A stretch of DNA of 64,000 bases from Fidelibacterota bacterium (GCA_045568995.1 JBJKZY010000044.1:1688-65687), one strand, 5' to 3'; shown: positions 10,400 through 21,325, counted from the first letter of the stretch. Made by a program: numbers and translations. Notes: a model not told the origin generated them from the sequence alone.

Positions 10400-11407
10400 A
10401 TGCCGGTAATACAAATGTTTTTAATAGGTGTCATTGTTTTAGTGACTCTTGTCATTTTTTATTTTGTTCCAGTAGGTATGTGGATTCAAGGAGTTGTTTC
10501 TTTAGGGTTAGGCAGAATACGAATTGTTGACTTAATTAGGATGCGACTCAGAAAAATATCTCCACGTTTAGTTACTGACGGTGTAATTAATTTACATAAA
10601 GCAGGTCTTGCTCATATCACAACTGATATGTTAGAGACTCATTTTTTAGCCGGTGGGAATGTACAGAACATTGTTTCTGCGCTCATTGCGGCAGATAAAG
10701 CCAACATCAAATTACCATTTGAAACTGCCACAGCAATTGATTTAGCAGGAAGAGATGTTAATGAAGCTGTGCAGACTTCTGTATATCCAAAAGTGATCAA
10801 TGCTCCAATGGATGGTTATCTTGCTGCGGTTGCAAAAGATGGGATTGAACTTAAAGCAAGAGCTCGTGTTACAGTAAGAACTAATATCCCAGGTCTTGTT
10901 GGTGGAGCCACAGATGATACAATTATTGCTAGGGTCGGCGAGGGTATAGTATCTGCAATTGGTTCGGCAGGTAACTACTCACAAGTATTAGAAAACCCTG
11001 ATAATATTTCTCGCGCTGTTTTAGATAAAGGATTGGATGCAGGAACTGCATTTGAAATTTTATCTATTGATATTGCTGATCTTGATGTAGGGAAAAACAT
11101 TGGTGCCTCACTTCAAGCAGATCAAGCAGAAGCAGATCTTAGAGTTGCACAGGCTAAAGCAGAAACTAGAAGAGCAATGGCTGTTGCTGAAGAACAAGAA
11201 ATGACTGCGAAAACTCAGGAAATGAAAGCAAAAGTGGTAGATTCAGAATCTCAGGTGCCATTGGCTATGGCGCAAGCTTTTAAAGATGGGAATTTGGGGA
11301 TTATGGATTATTATAAAATGGAAAACATCAAGTCAGATACTGATATGAGAGATGCGATTGCAGATACAGATATGGAAAAAACAACAGATAATCCAGTAGA
11401 GGATTGA
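10400..11407 (+). CDS. floA: flotillin-like protein FloA (UPF0365/YqfA family)
   Basis: 335 aa with an N-terminal TM and an SPFH-like body with an A/E/Q-rich coiled segment. It shows the classic nfeD-floA adjacency. Confidence 0.85.
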   Translation: MPVIQMFLIGVIVLVTLVIFYFVPVGMWIQGVVSLGLGRIRIVDLIRMRLRKISPRLVTDGVINLHKAGLAHITTDMLETHFLAGGNVQNIVSALIAADKANIKLPFETATAIDLAGRDVNEAVQTSVYPKVINAPMDGYLAAVAKDGIELKARARVTVRTNIPGLVGGATDDTIIARVGEGIVSAIGSAGNYSQVLENPDNISRAVLDKGLDAGTAFEILSIDIADLDVGKNIGASLQADQAEADLRVAQAKAETRRAMAVAEEQEMTAKTQEMKAKVVDSESQVPLAMAQAFKDGNLGIMDYYKMENIKSDTDMRDAIADTDMEKTTDNPVED

Positions 11408-11428
11408 TAATGATGTTCTTTTTTATTA

Positions 11429-12235
11429 ATGGTTGATTACTCATTTCCCAAAAATATGGTTGGAGAAATTTCTGAAAGATGTTTACGGTGTTATGAAGAG
11501 CAATATTGGTTTGGTGAAAACTTTTTATTTAATTATATCAATGAAAATAATGTAAACGGTAAGAGAGTTTTAGAAATAGGATGTGCGGAAGCAGGGTTGT
11601 TAAAATTTTATAATGATAAAGGTGCTAAATGCTCTGGTTTAGAGTTGTCAAAAATAAGGTTTAATAATGCGATTTCATTAAATGATAAAAATAAACTACA
11701 TTTATTTCAAGCTAACATTTGTGAGCCTTCTTCATATAAAAAACATATAAAACAAAATTATGATTTAATAATAATCCGAGATGTAATAGAGCACATTAGC
11801 AATAAAAGTATAGCCCTATCCAACATGTTTAGCATTCTTAAGCCTGGAGGGAAATTATTTATTTCCTTTCCACCAAAGTACTGTCCATATGCAGGTCACC
11901 AACAAACAATACCAAACATTCTAGGAAAAATTCCATATATTTATCTAATGCCTAATTTTTTATATGAGAGATATTTAAAATTAATTAAATGCTCATCTAA
12001 AAAGATTGAATATCTAATGCAAACAAAAAAGACTAGGATCTCAAATTTTGAGATGCTTCGCTTGCTATCTGAAACAGGTTTTAAAGTTTTAAAAAGAAGT
12101 AATTGGTTTATTCGGCCGGCCTATTCATTTCGGTTTAAATTACCAAAACTTAGAAATCCTTTTTCCTGGGCTCCGGTTTTAGATGAAATTTTTTGTAACG
12201 GGATGTTGATTCTTGTTGAAAGGACAAAGGTGTAA
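11429..12235 (+). CDS. class I SAM-dependent methyltransferase
   Basis: 268 aa with motif I VLEIGCAEAGL, then DLIIIRDVIEH and GGKLFISFP. Confidence 0.7.
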   Translation: MVDYSFPKNMVGEISERCLRCYEEQYWFGENFLFNYINENNVNGKRVLEIGCAEAGLLKFYNDKGAKCSGLELSKIRFNNAISLNDKNKLHLFQANICEPSSYKKHIKQNYDLIIIRDVIEHISNKSIALSNMFSILKPGGKLFISFPPKYCPYAGHQQTIPNILGKIPYIYLMPNFLYERYLKLIKCSSKKIEYLMQTKKTRISNFEMLRLLSETGFKVLKRSNWFIRPAYSFRFKLPKLRNPFSWAPVLDEIFCNGMLILVERTKV

Positions 12236-12236
12236 T

Positions 12237-12719
12237 ATGGAATGGCTTGGAGTATTATTATTATATCTTATTTCTGGGTTTATGAAAAAACGTCAGCAAA
12301 ACATTAAAAGACGTGAAATAGAATCTGATCCTGAATGGGATTCTGAAAAATCCTTTTCAGAAAACAAGGAAGATACTCCAAATTCCTTAGATCAATTACT
12401 TAATGATCTTTTTGAGAATAATCCCAAAACACCTGAGCCTGATCCTCTTATTAGAAAAACGGTGAAAAGTGTAAACGCAAAACCGTTACCTAAAAACGAA
12501 CGAAATAAAATAGAAGATCCTATACCAGATGAGAATAAAGAAGTCTTAGATGAAAAAATTTATCATTCAAAAATTGCAGATAGAGAGCAGCAGCACTTCG
12601 GAAACAAATGGAAGAAAAAAATAAATATCCGTGGAAACCTTTTTAATTCTAAACAAGCTATAAAAAAATCAATAATTGCAAAAGAAATTTTAGATAAGCC
12701 ACTTGCAATAAGAAAATAG
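12237..12719 (+). CDS. hypothetical membrane-anchored, charged protein
   Basis: ATG 12237 follows the previous stop by 1 nt and gives MEWLGVLLLYLISGF (TM), then a K/E/D/P-rich tail. The ORF track starts at TTG 12213. Confidence 0.4.
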   Translation: MEWLGVLLLYLISGFMKKRQQNIKRREIESDPEWDSEKSFSENKEDTPNSLDQLLNDLFENNPKTPEPDPLIRKTVKSVNAKPLPKNERNKIEDPIPDENKEVLDEKIYHSKIADREQQHFGNKWKKKINIRGNLFNSKQAIKKSIIAKEILDKPLAIRK

Positions 12720-12720
12720 C

Positions 12721-13314
12721 TTATTGTAATTGATTATATACTTTTTTTGCTTCTGTTTTTAGTTCGTCCCTTGACGCATTATTATATATAATAAAATCTG
12801 CCATCTCTATTTTATCCTTCTCAGGCCATTGTAATTCTACTCTTTTTAAAAAATCATCCCGGCTAAGATCTCCTTTCTTCATAACTCTTTCTGTTCTTAT
12901 TCTTAAATGAGATGTTACAACTATTACATAGTCCATATGGATATCAGCACCAGATTCATATATTAGAGCTGCATCTACTATAAAAATATCATGGTTTCCT
13001 TTTTCAATAATAGATTCAAAACATAAATCAATTTCTTTAAAAACATAGGGGTGAATTATCGTATTCAATTTTAATTGATTGAATTCATTTTGAAATGCAA
13101 CACGTCTTAATTTTTTCTTATCAATAATTCCTTCCGCAGAAATAACATCTGAACCAAATTCTAAAATTAATTCATTTTGAGCAGTTTTATTTTTATCGAG
13201 TATTTGTTTTGCTATTGTATCTGCGTCAAAAATATATGCACCCCATTTACTAAAGAGAGCGCTAACCTCACTCTTCCCAGAACCAATTCCTCCTGTTAAA
13301 GCGACTTTTAACAT
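12721..13314 (-). CDS. coaE: dephospho-CoA kinase
   Basis: 197 aa with P-loop LTGGIGSGKS and the family pattern. Confidence 0.9.
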   Translation of the reverse strand: MLKVALTGGIGSGKSEVSALFSKWGAYIFDADTIAKQILDKNKTAQNELILEFGSDVISAEGIIDKKKLRRVAFQNEFNQLKLNTIIHPYVFKEIDLCFESIIEKGNHDIFIVDAALIYESGADIHMDYVIVVTSHLRIRTERVMKKGDLSRDDFLKRVELQWPEKDKIEMADFIIYNNASRDELKTEAKKVYNQLQ

Positions 13315-13315
13315 A

Positions 13316-13876
13316 TTAAAAAATTACCTGCAAAATTCGTTCGGTGATTTTTTCAATTTCACCAATTCCATTAATATTTTTTAGAATGTTTTTTTTTTGA
13401 TAATAATCAATTAAAGGTGCAGTTTGCTCCCAATATATTTTTTGCCTTTTTTTAACAATATTTATAGCCTCATCACTCCTTCCTGAGCTTTTTCCTCTAT
13501 CGATAATCCTCTTTATTAATTCATTTTCATCAGCAGTCAAATTTATAACAGCATGGAGATTATGTCCTCTTTCAACTAATAATTTATCAAAACCGGTCGC
13601 CTGTGGAATTGTTCTTGGAAATCCGTCAAACAAATATCCTTCACTTGGTATTTTTACACAAATTTTTTCTGATATAATATCAAGTACGAGTTTATCCGGA
13701 ACAAAGTTACCATGATCGATAAAAGATTTAGCTATTTTACCTATTTTAGTATCCATTTGTATTTCATTTCTTAGGATTTCACCTGTTGATATATGCGTGA
13801 CATCTAAGAATTTAGATAATATTTTTGCCTGTGTTCCTTTTCCTACCCCAGGCGGTCCCATGATTAATAATTTCAT
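13316..13876 (-). CDS. adk: adenylate kinase (short LID, no zinc knuckle)
   Basis: 186 aa with GPPGVGKGTQ, GFPRT and a short LID without Cys4. Confidence 0.95.
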   Translation of the reverse strand: MKLLIMGPPGVGKGTQAKILSKFLDVTHISTGEILRNEIQMDTKIGKIAKSFIDHGNFVPDKLVLDIISEKICVKIPSEGYLFDGFPRTIPQATGFDKLLVERGHNLHAVINLTADENELIKRIIDRGKSSGRSDEAINIVKKRQKIYWEQTAPLIDYYQKKNILKNINGIGEIEKITERILQVIF

Positions 13877-13883
13877 AATTTAT

Positions 13884-15101
13884 CTAGATTAAAATACCTG
13901 CAATAGTTGCAGTTAGCCAAGAAGCTAACGCCCCTCCAATCATTGCTTTAAAAACAATTTTTGATAAAACATTTTTCTTTTCTGGAGCCATAGCACCAAT
14001 TCCACCGAGTTGAATCCCAATAGATCCAAAATTAGCAAATCCACATAGTGCATAGCTAGAGATAATCGCGGATCTTTCAGAAATTAGATTATTTTTAATT
14101 AAGTCTCCTAGGCTACCATAAGCAATAAGTTCAGTTAAAACAATTTTTTCACCCATAAGTCTACCAACTATGTTTGCTTCCTGCCATGGGATTCCCATTG
14201 TCCAGGCAAGAGGGGAAAAAATTATGCCTAAAATTTCTTGTAAATTAATATTTAAAAAATATTCTAAAGTAAAATTAATCATACTTAGAATAGAAATAAA
14301 GGCGACTAACATAGCCCCAATATTTGCTGCGAGCTTTAACCCTTGGGTAGCTCCATTCCCTAGAGCATCCATAGCATTAGCAGTGTTTTTTTCAACACGT
14401 AGTTCTAATTCATCTAGTGAATTTGCTTTCTCTGTTTCAGGGTAAATTAATTTTGCTATAACTAAAGAGGCTGGAGCAGACATGATGCTTGCCGCCAGCA
14501 TATGGCCTGCAATTCCTGGAATCTTTTCAAGCCAAAGTACATAAAGCGCAAGAACGGAACCTGCCACCGTAGCAAACCCTCCAGTCATGACTGCCATTAA
14601 TTCAGATGTTGTCATATTCTTTATATAAGGGCGAATTAAAATAGGTGCCTCTGTTTGTCCAACAAAAATATTTGCGGAAATACTTAACGTTTCAGCTCCG
14701 CTAGTCTTCATACTTTTTTCCATCAACCTTGCTATCCATTTTACCGCAATTTGAATAATGCCAAAATGGTACGCAATGGAAATTAAACTTGAGAAGAAAA
14801 TAACAACGGGCAATGCTCTGAACGCAAAATTAATCATTGCCTCGTGATATCCTATTCCTGGAACAAAAGAGCTGAATAAAAAGTCGCTTCCTTTATCTGA
14901 AAAACTAATCAGAGTTTTAAAAACTTTATCTACAAAAAAAAATTGTGATTTTATAAATGGTATTTTAAGTATTATAAGACCGAAAAAAACTTGTAGTCCT
15001 AAACCCCAAAATATCGTTTCAAACTTAATCGCATTACGATTATTGGAAAGGACATAAGCAATCATTAAAAGAGCAAAAATCCCTATAAACCCCGTATACA
15101 T
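13884..15101 (-). CDS. nupC: concentrative nucleoside transporter, NupC/CNT family
   Basis: 405 aa polytopic protein with the conserved LCGFANFGSIGIQ block near the C-terminus. Confidence 0.85.
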   Translation of the reverse strand: MYTGFIGIFALLMIAYVLSNNRNAIKFETIFWGLGLQVFFGLIILKIPFIKSQFFFVDKVFKTLISFSDKGSDFLFSSFVPGIGYHEAMINFAFRALPVVIFFSSLISIAYHFGIIQIAVKWIARLMEKSMKTSGAETLSISANIFVGQTEAPILIRPYIKNMTTSELMAVMTGGFATVAGSVLALYVLWLEKIPGIAGHMLAASIMSAPASLVIAKLIYPETEKANSLDELELRVEKNTANAMDALGNGATQGLKLAANIGAMLVAFISILSMINFTLEYFLNINLQEILGIIFSPLAWTMGIPWQEANIVGRLMGEKIVLTELIAYGSLGDLIKNNLISERSAIISSYALCGFANFGSIGIQLGGIGAMAPEKKNVLSKIVFKAMIGGALASWLTATIAGILI

Positions 15102-15106
15102 TATAA

Positions 15107-15670
15107 TTAATCTCTGTTAGGCATTATAAAACAATTTCTACATCGCGCTTCATATTTATCAAGCTCTCCTAAAACAACCTGACCAGCATCGCCAGTTGTT
15201 CTTTGTGTATAAGAAGCAGGGTTACCACATAACACGCAAATAGCTCTCAGTTTATCAAGGTAGTCTGCTTCACACATAATTGCTGGCATTGGTCCAAATG
15301 GTTCTCCTAAATAATCTGTATCTAATCCTGCCGCAATTACACGTTTATTGTTGGATGCTAGATTTTTGCAAACATCTACAATGGAATCATCAAAAAACTG
15401 TACTTCATCAATTCCAACGACCTTAAATTTTTTTGATAATTGTATGATTTTCGAAGGCTTATTTATCATAATAGATTTTAATTTATTCATATTGTGACTT
15501 ACAATATGTTCATCGCTAAAGCGGGAGTCAATTTTTGGTTTAAAAATAACCGTAGACATTTTTGCAATCTGCGCTCTTCTCAATCTACGGATAAGTTCTT
15601 CTGTTTTACCGGAGAACATGCTCCCACAAATTACTTCTATCCACCCTGAATTTATTGGTGTTAATGTCAT
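15107..15670 (-). CDS. tdk: thymidine kinase
   Basis: 187 aa with P-loop GSMFSGKTEEL and a C-terminal zinc ribbon (CVLCGNPA...CRNC). Confidence 0.95.
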   Translation of the reverse strand: MTLTPINSGWIEVICGSMFSGKTEELIRRLRRAQIAKMSTVIFKPKIDSRFSDEHIVSHNMNKLKSIMINKPSKIIQLSKKFKVVGIDEVQFFDDSIVDVCKNLASNNKRVIAAGLDTDYLGEPFGPMPAIMCEADYLDKLRAICVLCGNPASYTQRTTGDAGQVVLGELDKYEARCRNCFIMPNRD

Positions 15671-16281
15671 TTAATTTCTAAATCTATTTTCGATTTGATT
15701 TGACTAATTGATTTATCTATCAATGCTGTTCCTTCAATAACTATATCAGAATAAGATTTTGAAGGCTGAACAAACTTCTCATGCATTGGCTTTACCGTTG
15801 AATAATATTGTTTTTCAATGGACTCTTTGGTTCTTCCTCTAAAATGAATATCTCGTTCGATTCGTCTATTAATCCTTATATGTTCAGGAGTTTCTACAAA
15901 CACTTTTAATGTATAAAATTTATGAAGTCTGATGTAATAAAGGATAAGAATACCTTCTATAATTATGATAGGGCGCGGGCTTATTTTTTTTTCTTCTTTT
16001 TCTCTTAGATGTTTATAAAAATTATATTTGGGACTGTAAATAGGTTTACCAGAAATAAGTATTTTTAAATGGTTCTCAATTAATGCTGAATCTATAGCAT
16101 TTGGATGATCAAAGTTTTGTTTACAACGATCCTTATAATCTAGATTAGAAATGTCCTTATAATATGAATCTTGCTCAATAATTAATATTTTTTTTTTTGG
16201 ATAGGTACTAGCAAGACTTTTCGCTAAATAAGATTTTCCTGATCCTGTTCCACCTGAAATTGCTATAATCATTGTATTCAT
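15667..16281 (-). CDS. udk: uridine/cytidine kinase
   Basis: 204 aa with ISGGTGSGKS, FDHPNAID and the family pattern. Overlaps tdk by 4 nt. Confidence 0.9.
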   Translation of the reverse strand: MNTMIIAISGGTGSGKSYLAKSLASTYPKKKILIIEQDSYYKDISNLDYKDRCKQNFDHPNAIDSALIENHLKILISGKPIYSPKYNFYKHLREKEEKKISPRPIIIIEGILILYYIRLHKFYTLKVFVETPEHIRINRRIERDIHFRGRTKESIEKQYYSTVKPMHEKFVQPSKSYSDIVIEGTALIDKSISQIKSKIDLEIK

Positions 16282-16661
16282 TTTAAATCTTTTTTATCAA
16301 AAGCATCTGGGATTAATTTGCTACTACAAACGGTTTTTACCCAACCATTCATATCACATATATATACTGGTATTTCACCACATAATTCCCATATAACCTG
16401 CCTACAGGCTCCACAAGGCATCCCAGCATTTTTTGTTGCCACTGCAATTGATTTAAATTTATTATATCCTTCAGCAATAGCCCTAAATAAGGCAACTCTT
16501 TCTGCACAACAAGTTAATCCATAGCTTGAAGATTCAATATTACATCCACCAATTATTTTTCCTGAATCGATTTCTACTGCCGATCCAACTTTATACTTTG
16601 AAAATGGTGCATAGGCTTTTTCACACATTTTTATAGCTGCCTGTATTACTTTTTTGTTCAT
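16278..16661 (-). CDS. cdd: cytidine deaminase (short homotetrameric type)
   Basis: 127 aa with zinc motifs CAERVA and PCGACRQ. Overlaps udk by 4 nt. Confidence 0.9.
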   Translation of the reverse strand: MNKKVIQAAIKMCEKAYAPFSKYKVGSAVEIDSGKIIGGCNIESSSYGLTCCAERVALFRAIAEGYNKFKSIAVATKNAGMPCGACRQVIWELCGEIPVYICDMNGWVKTVCSSKLIPDAFDKKDLK

Positions 16662-16666
16662 TATAT

Positions 16667-17308
16667 TTAAATCTTATAATTTTGTATATATTTTATTGAC
16701 CCCACTCCTGCAATAAATCCGCCAATATGAGCAAACCAAGCAACACCACCATTTGTATCTATCCCTAGGCTATTAAGACCACTTGATAGTTGAATAAAAA
16801 ACCATACACCTAGTACAATTTGAGCTGGAACAATTAATGTGGTAATGAATATTATAATAAAAGCAAAAACATGTACTTTTGCTTTTGGAAAACTAATCAT
16901 GTATGCTCCCAATACACCAGCAATCGCTCCACTGGCACCTACCATTGGGATTGAAGAATTTGGATCAATTATATATTGTGAAAAAGCAGCTCCAAAACCG
17001 CATAAAATATAAAAGAGTAAAAATTTAATATGACCCAAAATACTTTCTATATTATCTCCAAAAATATATAAAAACCACATATTACTTAAAATATGACTAA
17101 GTCCACCATGGATAAACATTGATGATAAAATACTAAATAAATTAAATGAATTAGGAATAAAGCCAAAGGTATAGAACAAGTTTGTATTGGCAGTTAAAAA
17201 AGAAACATAGGTAAAGGTTAAAAAAATAAGTACGTTTATTGTAATTAGTGTGTAAGTGATGTACGGAAACAATACCCTTGGATTATCATCTTTATAAGGA
17301 AAAAACAT
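16667..17308 (-). CDS. rhomboid-family intramembrane serine protease
   Basis: 213 aa with 6 TM, GASGAIAG (catalytic Ser) and AHIGG (His). Confidence 0.85.
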   Translation of the reverse strand: MFFPYKDDNPRVLFPYITYTLITINVLIFLTFTYVSFLTANTNLFYTFGFIPNSFNLFSILSSMFIHGGLSHILSNMWFLYIFGDNIESILGHIKFLLFYILCGFGAAFSQYIIDPNSSIPMVGASGAIAGVLGAYMISFPKAKVHVFAFIIIFITTLIVPAQIVLGVWFFIQLSSGLNSLGIDTNGGVAWFAHIGGFIAGVGSIKYIQNYKI

Positions 17309-19563
17309 TAATAAACAGAAAAGTAAATAGTTTTATTTGATTCGTTCTCCATACGATCTTTTACTTTGAAGTTAATTGTATACGATCCACGGTTAAGTTG
17401 TTTATTTAAATTATATGAAATTTTCTTTTTGATAGGTTGATATGCTGGGTAGAGTACTGTGTCATTTAATTTTAAGTAAAAGGAAGTTTCTTTTGCTTCA
17501 ATTCCAGATAAAGAATCGTTAACATAAACAGATATTTTATTTATATCTTCTTTGTTATAGCGTCCTCCATTTCCAGGAAAAAATTTACTGATATTTGGAG
17601 GGTCTAAATCTTGAATAACTGTAATTGCATCCATATGCTCAAGTGAAGCTGTAAGAATCATTTTTTTGCGATTATTTTTTGTGGTAGCATAATGCCATTT
17701 TTCTTTTTTAGGTTCGAAATAATAAATTCCTAATTTTGAATGCTCAGATAAGTCTCTTTCGTAACGAATGCCAACTTGGACTTCGCCTTTTAATGCTAGA
17801 TCAAATGGTTGTAGTTGATATACTGGAGATAAATTAAAACCATTTTCAATAGGAGCAGAAATTTCCACTTCATCAATCCAGATTACACTATTTTGGTAAA
17901 AACTTCCGGGTAAAGATTTTACAGAACAATTTCGATTATTGGAAAATGCTATACTTTCACTACCTGGCACTACTGGTGTAAATAAATAATGAAATCTTGT
18001 TTGCCTAGATAAGTCTTTATGGGATAGTTCAATATCAACATATTTGATATCTTTTACGACATGATGTGATAATTTTTCTGAAAGGAAAACATTTGGTTGG
18101 ATTTGTTCTAATTTAAATGCACTGAATGTATTATCATTTGCGAGCCTTAATTGTGCTATCGCAGGGACATAATTATCTAAGCTTACTTGGAAGAACAGAC
18201 CTCGCTCTGTATTGGAAATTTTTAAATCTGGTCTTACATCCACTACGCTCAATTTGGATGTAAGATCAGTCCAATGAAAAGGGTTTACCATCCCCCCCAA
18301 TTGATTAATTCCTATAATTTGCAAGACTCTTCTTTTTAGGTTAGATGTTGCTATAGTAATGTGAAGATCTTTTTTGACTTGTTCAGTGTTAATTAAATCA
18401 ATCTTTTGGTCTGCAAATCCATATGGTGTGAAACTATATACTATAGCATCACGTATTGGGAGGCCTCCTCTTCGTGGTATTAAAGCGAGTGTGACAACTT
18501 TTTGATCTCGATAGATTTCTTTTGCCTCAAGAGTCATAGGAAAAGTGCCCGCTACTATACCTTTTACAATCGTTTTATTATTTTGAGCATCATAAATATT
18601 TATCTCTATTGAATGAAAACCTGGAGAGAGACCTAATATTCCTGTTGATGTCAATGTGTGGATAGAAGTTTTTTTATGCTCTGGAAGTTTATAAAGCTTT
18701 TGAAATTCGCCTAAATTTTTCTTTTTTAAATCATATTGGATAATCGTTTTCGCAAATTTGCCTTGTTTAAATGGTATCTTTGTATATTCTAATTCAAATT
18801 CTTTTTGATTATCTACTATTAATTCTATCCTATTAAACTGATATATATTGCTAGTGCCTTCTCTTTTATCTACAGCTTTAATAGCAAAACCAAATTCTCC
18901 AAATACACTTAGAGTATCTGCAAAATGATATATTCCTTTTTTATCTCGAAAAAGTGGAAATATCTGAGGTAAAGGACTTGCATTAATTAGAGCCCCTGCA
19001 GTTATAGGAATCAATGCTATTTCTTTTGCAATCGGCTTGGTATTATCCTCAAGAGAAAATGCTCTTGTTAAAGGATTTAAGGGTACGCTTTTACTGGTTC
19101 TATATTCAAAATGAATGTGAGGGGCGAATGAATTCCCAGTATTACCAGAAAATCCAATTAAATCACCTTTTTTTACTTGAAAATCTCTAGGTGAGAACTG
19201 AGTATCGACAACATAACTCATTCTTTTACCTTGTTGAAGTCTCCAGATTTTTTCTAATACTGGAGTAAAAGATTCTAAATGACCATATACTACTTCATGC
19301 CCAGAAGTAGTTCTTTGATATAGAGCTTTACCATAGCCGGTATAATTGGATCTAATTCGACTAATATATCCGTCTTCAACTGCAAAGACTTCTACTCCAA
19401 TTTTCCCTCCGGTCTTTATATCTACTCCCATGTGAAAGTGATCATCTCTGTTTTCACCGAAGTTTGAAGAAAACACTTTGGTCATCTGAGTTGGCCATAG
19501 AACTTCTTGAGGAAATATTCTACCAAAAGTCAGCATTAAAATCATTGTAAAAGTTTTTATCAT
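17308..19563 (-). CDS. M23/LytM-family metallopeptidase with long C-terminal extension
   Basis: 751 aa with a signal peptide. HMGVDI and NSFAPHIHFE lie in the N-terminal third; about 500 aa of beta-rich sequence of unknown function follows. Confidence 0.85.
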   Translation of the reverse strand: MIKTFTMILMLTFGRIFPQEVLWPTQMTKVFSSNFGENRDDHFHMGVDIKTGGKIGVEVFAVEDGYISRIRSNYTGYGKALYQRTTSGHEVVYGHLESFTPVLEKIWRLQQGKRMSYVVDTQFSPRDFQVKKGDLIGFSGNTGNSFAPHIHFEYRTSKSVPLNPLTRAFSLEDNTKPIAKEIALIPITAGALINASPLPQIFPLFRDKKGIYHFADTLSVFGEFGFAIKAVDKREGTSNIYQFNRIELIVDNQKEFELEYTKIPFKQGKFAKTIIQYDLKKKNLGEFQKLYKLPEHKKTSIHTLTSTGILGLSPGFHSIEINIYDAQNNKTIVKGIVAGTFPMTLEAKEIYRDQKVVTLALIPRRGGLPIRDAIVYSFTPYGFADQKIDLINTEQVKKDLHITIATSNLKRRVLQIIGINQLGGMVNPFHWTDLTSKLSVVDVRPDLKISNTERGLFFQVSLDNYVPAIAQLRLANDNTFSAFKLEQIQPNVFLSEKLSHHVVKDIKYVDIELSHKDLSRQTRFHYLFTPVVPGSESIAFSNNRNCSVKSLPGSFYQNSVIWIDEVEISAPIENGFNLSPVYQLQPFDLALKGEVQVGIRYERDLSEHSKLGIYYFEPKKEKWHYATTKNNRKKMILTASLEHMDAITVIQDLDPPNISKFFPGNGGRYNKEDINKISVYVNDSLSGIEAKETSFYLKLNDTVLYPAYQPIKKKISYNLNKQLNRGSYTINFKVKDRMENESNKTIYFSVY

Positions 19564-19685
19564 GAGGGATTTTTGAAAGACAATTTATCTAGTAAACAGG
19601 ATGGTTATCAATGAGTGATTTGTTTACTGAATATACTTGATGTAAACTCCATTAAATATATTTATAAATTTAATAAGGAATTAAA

Positions 19686-20396
19686 ATGAAAAAAATGTTA
19701 TCAGTTTTAGTGATGGCGCTTATTCCCTCTTTTGTCTTTGCATTAGCTGGTTTTGGTGTACAGTTGGGAAGTGATTTATCTAAATTAGGTTCTTATTCAT
19801 TCTCTGAAGGTTCGGGTCCAACAGAGGTGACTATAAAAACATATGAAATGGAATCAAACCCAGGCAGTTTTGGTGGCTATGCTTTTGTTGATCTTTTTGG
19901 ATTTGCTTTAGAAGCTGAAGGTGAAATTGCTGGGGGGCAATATGAGTTTGACTTTACTAATGATTATTTACCACAGATGGAAGAAAAAATTCCATTTGTA
20001 TGGGGAAGAGGATCCTATTCATTCACATTAAAAAAGAATATTATGGATATTTCCATTCCTTTTCTAGCAAAAGCTGCAATTAATGCTGGTGGAGGCTTTG
20101 GAAAACACGCTGCTACGAAAAGAGTTAATGTTGAAATGGTTAGAAGTGTATTCGGCGAAGAAGATTTAGCAAGTGTACAACTAGAACAAAATGACATTGA
20201 GTCTCTTTTAGAAGATTTTTTAACAAACACAGATAATTGGGAAGAAGCTAGCGGTTTACATTTACAAGCTGGTCTTCGATTTAAAGTTTTAGTATTGGAT
20301 ACTCATATAAATGCTAGATACAATTTAGCAAAAGATATTTATACAGATAAAGCTGGATGGTTGCAATTAATGTTTAAAATGGGTTTTGCTATTTAG
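19686..20396 (+). CDS. hypothetical exported / outer-membrane protein
   Basis: 236 aa with a clear signal peptide (MKKMLSVLVMALIPSFVFALA), a G/F/Y-rich body and AAGGA upstream of the ATG. Confidence 0.45.
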   Translation: MKKMLSVLVMALIPSFVFALAGFGVQLGSDLSKLGSYSFSEGSGPTEVTIKTYEMESNPGSFGGYAFVDLFGFALEAEGEIAGGQYEFDFTNDYLPQMEEKIPFVWGRGSYSFTLKKNIMDISIPFLAKAAINAGGGFGKHAATKRVNVEMVRSVFGEEDLASVQLEQNDIESLLEDFLTNTDNWEEASGLHLQAGLRFKVLVLDTHINARYNLAKDIYTDKAGWLQLMFKMGFAI

Positions 20397-20417
20397 TTTT
20401 TAGAAAAGATTATGGAA

Positions 20418-20443
20418 AGAAAGGGGCTTCTTAGCCCCTTTCT
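20418..20443. terminator. bidirectional intrinsic terminator between convergent genes
   Basis: agaaaggggc-ttctta-gcccctttct forms a 10-bp perfect stem flanked by A/T runs. Confidence 0.7.
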
Positions 20444-20446
20444 TAT

Positions 20447-21325
20447 TTATAGTTCATTTGTCACGCAATGTACAGATCCACCACTTAATTGAAATTGACT
20501 AGCTGGCGTAATTTTTACTTTTATTCCAAACTCGCGTAATTGTTCATCAATGGTTGGATCAGAAAAATAATCAGATCTAAAAAGTGCTCCTGGAAGAGGT
20601 AATGCATTTGCTGCAAACTTTCCAGTTCGTTTTTTAGTTCCAAGGGCATCTTTTTTGGGGATAGTGAATACAGGAATATTGTTTTCATCAGCAAATTTAA
20701 ATAAAACTTTTTTTGAAATAGGGTCTATAATCTTTTTACAAATAATAAGTGCCACTATGTAACCATCTTTATTTAACACTGGTGTGAAGAAAGTATCTAA
20801 GTGAAATCCGGTTCCCTTAAGTAAAATTACTTTATTAACATCTAGTTCCTCTGCTACAAAGTTTACTCCTTTTTGAGAGTTCCTTTGTAAGCCACTAAAT
20901 AAAATATTATCTTTTGCACAATAAAAAAACTCCCCGCCATCTGCTCTCCAACCAGATTTATCAGGCATTTTGCAGATTTCAACTTGTAATTGCTCTAATA
21001 AGGTAATTACAAGTTTATTCTCAATTCGTCTTTTTGGTTCTCCGGCTCTTAAAATAACTACTTTCCCATTTTGATTAGATATATAAGGATCTCTTATAAA
21101 AACAAAATCATGGTTAGGGTTGATACCATCTAATTGTTTTGGGAAATCAAGTTCTATTATTTCATGCCCTTCTTTTTGTAAAGCTTTTATTAAAGCATCT
21201 CTTTCTTTAATTAATAAATTATTAATGGGAACTTGTCCTTTTTTCATCGCGGGATTATCATCGTATTGAGGTATCCCATCTCTCCACCAACCTGATTCAG
21301 GTAATTTTGATAAAACAATTCTCAT
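20447..21325 (-). CDS. amidinotransferase / DDAH-like enzyme (guanidino-group-modifying pentein superfamily)
   Basis: 292 aa with FIRDP, GFHLDT and a C-terminal GGSVHCVTNEL carrying the catalytic-Cys signature. Confidence 0.6.
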   Translation of the reverse strand: MRIVLSKLPESGWWRDGIPQYDDNPAMKKGQVPINNLLIKERDALIKALQKEGHEIIELDFPKQLDGINPNHDFVFIRDPYISNQNGKVVILRAGEPKRRIENKLVITLLEQLQVEICKMPDKSGWRADGGEFFYCAKDNILFSGLQRNSQKGVNFVAEELDVNKVILLKGTGFHLDTFFTPVLNKDGYIVALIICKKIIDPISKKVLFKFADENNIPVFTIPKKDALGTKKRTGKFAANALPLPGALFRSDYFSDPTIDEQLREFGIKVKITPASQFQLSGGSVHCVTNEL

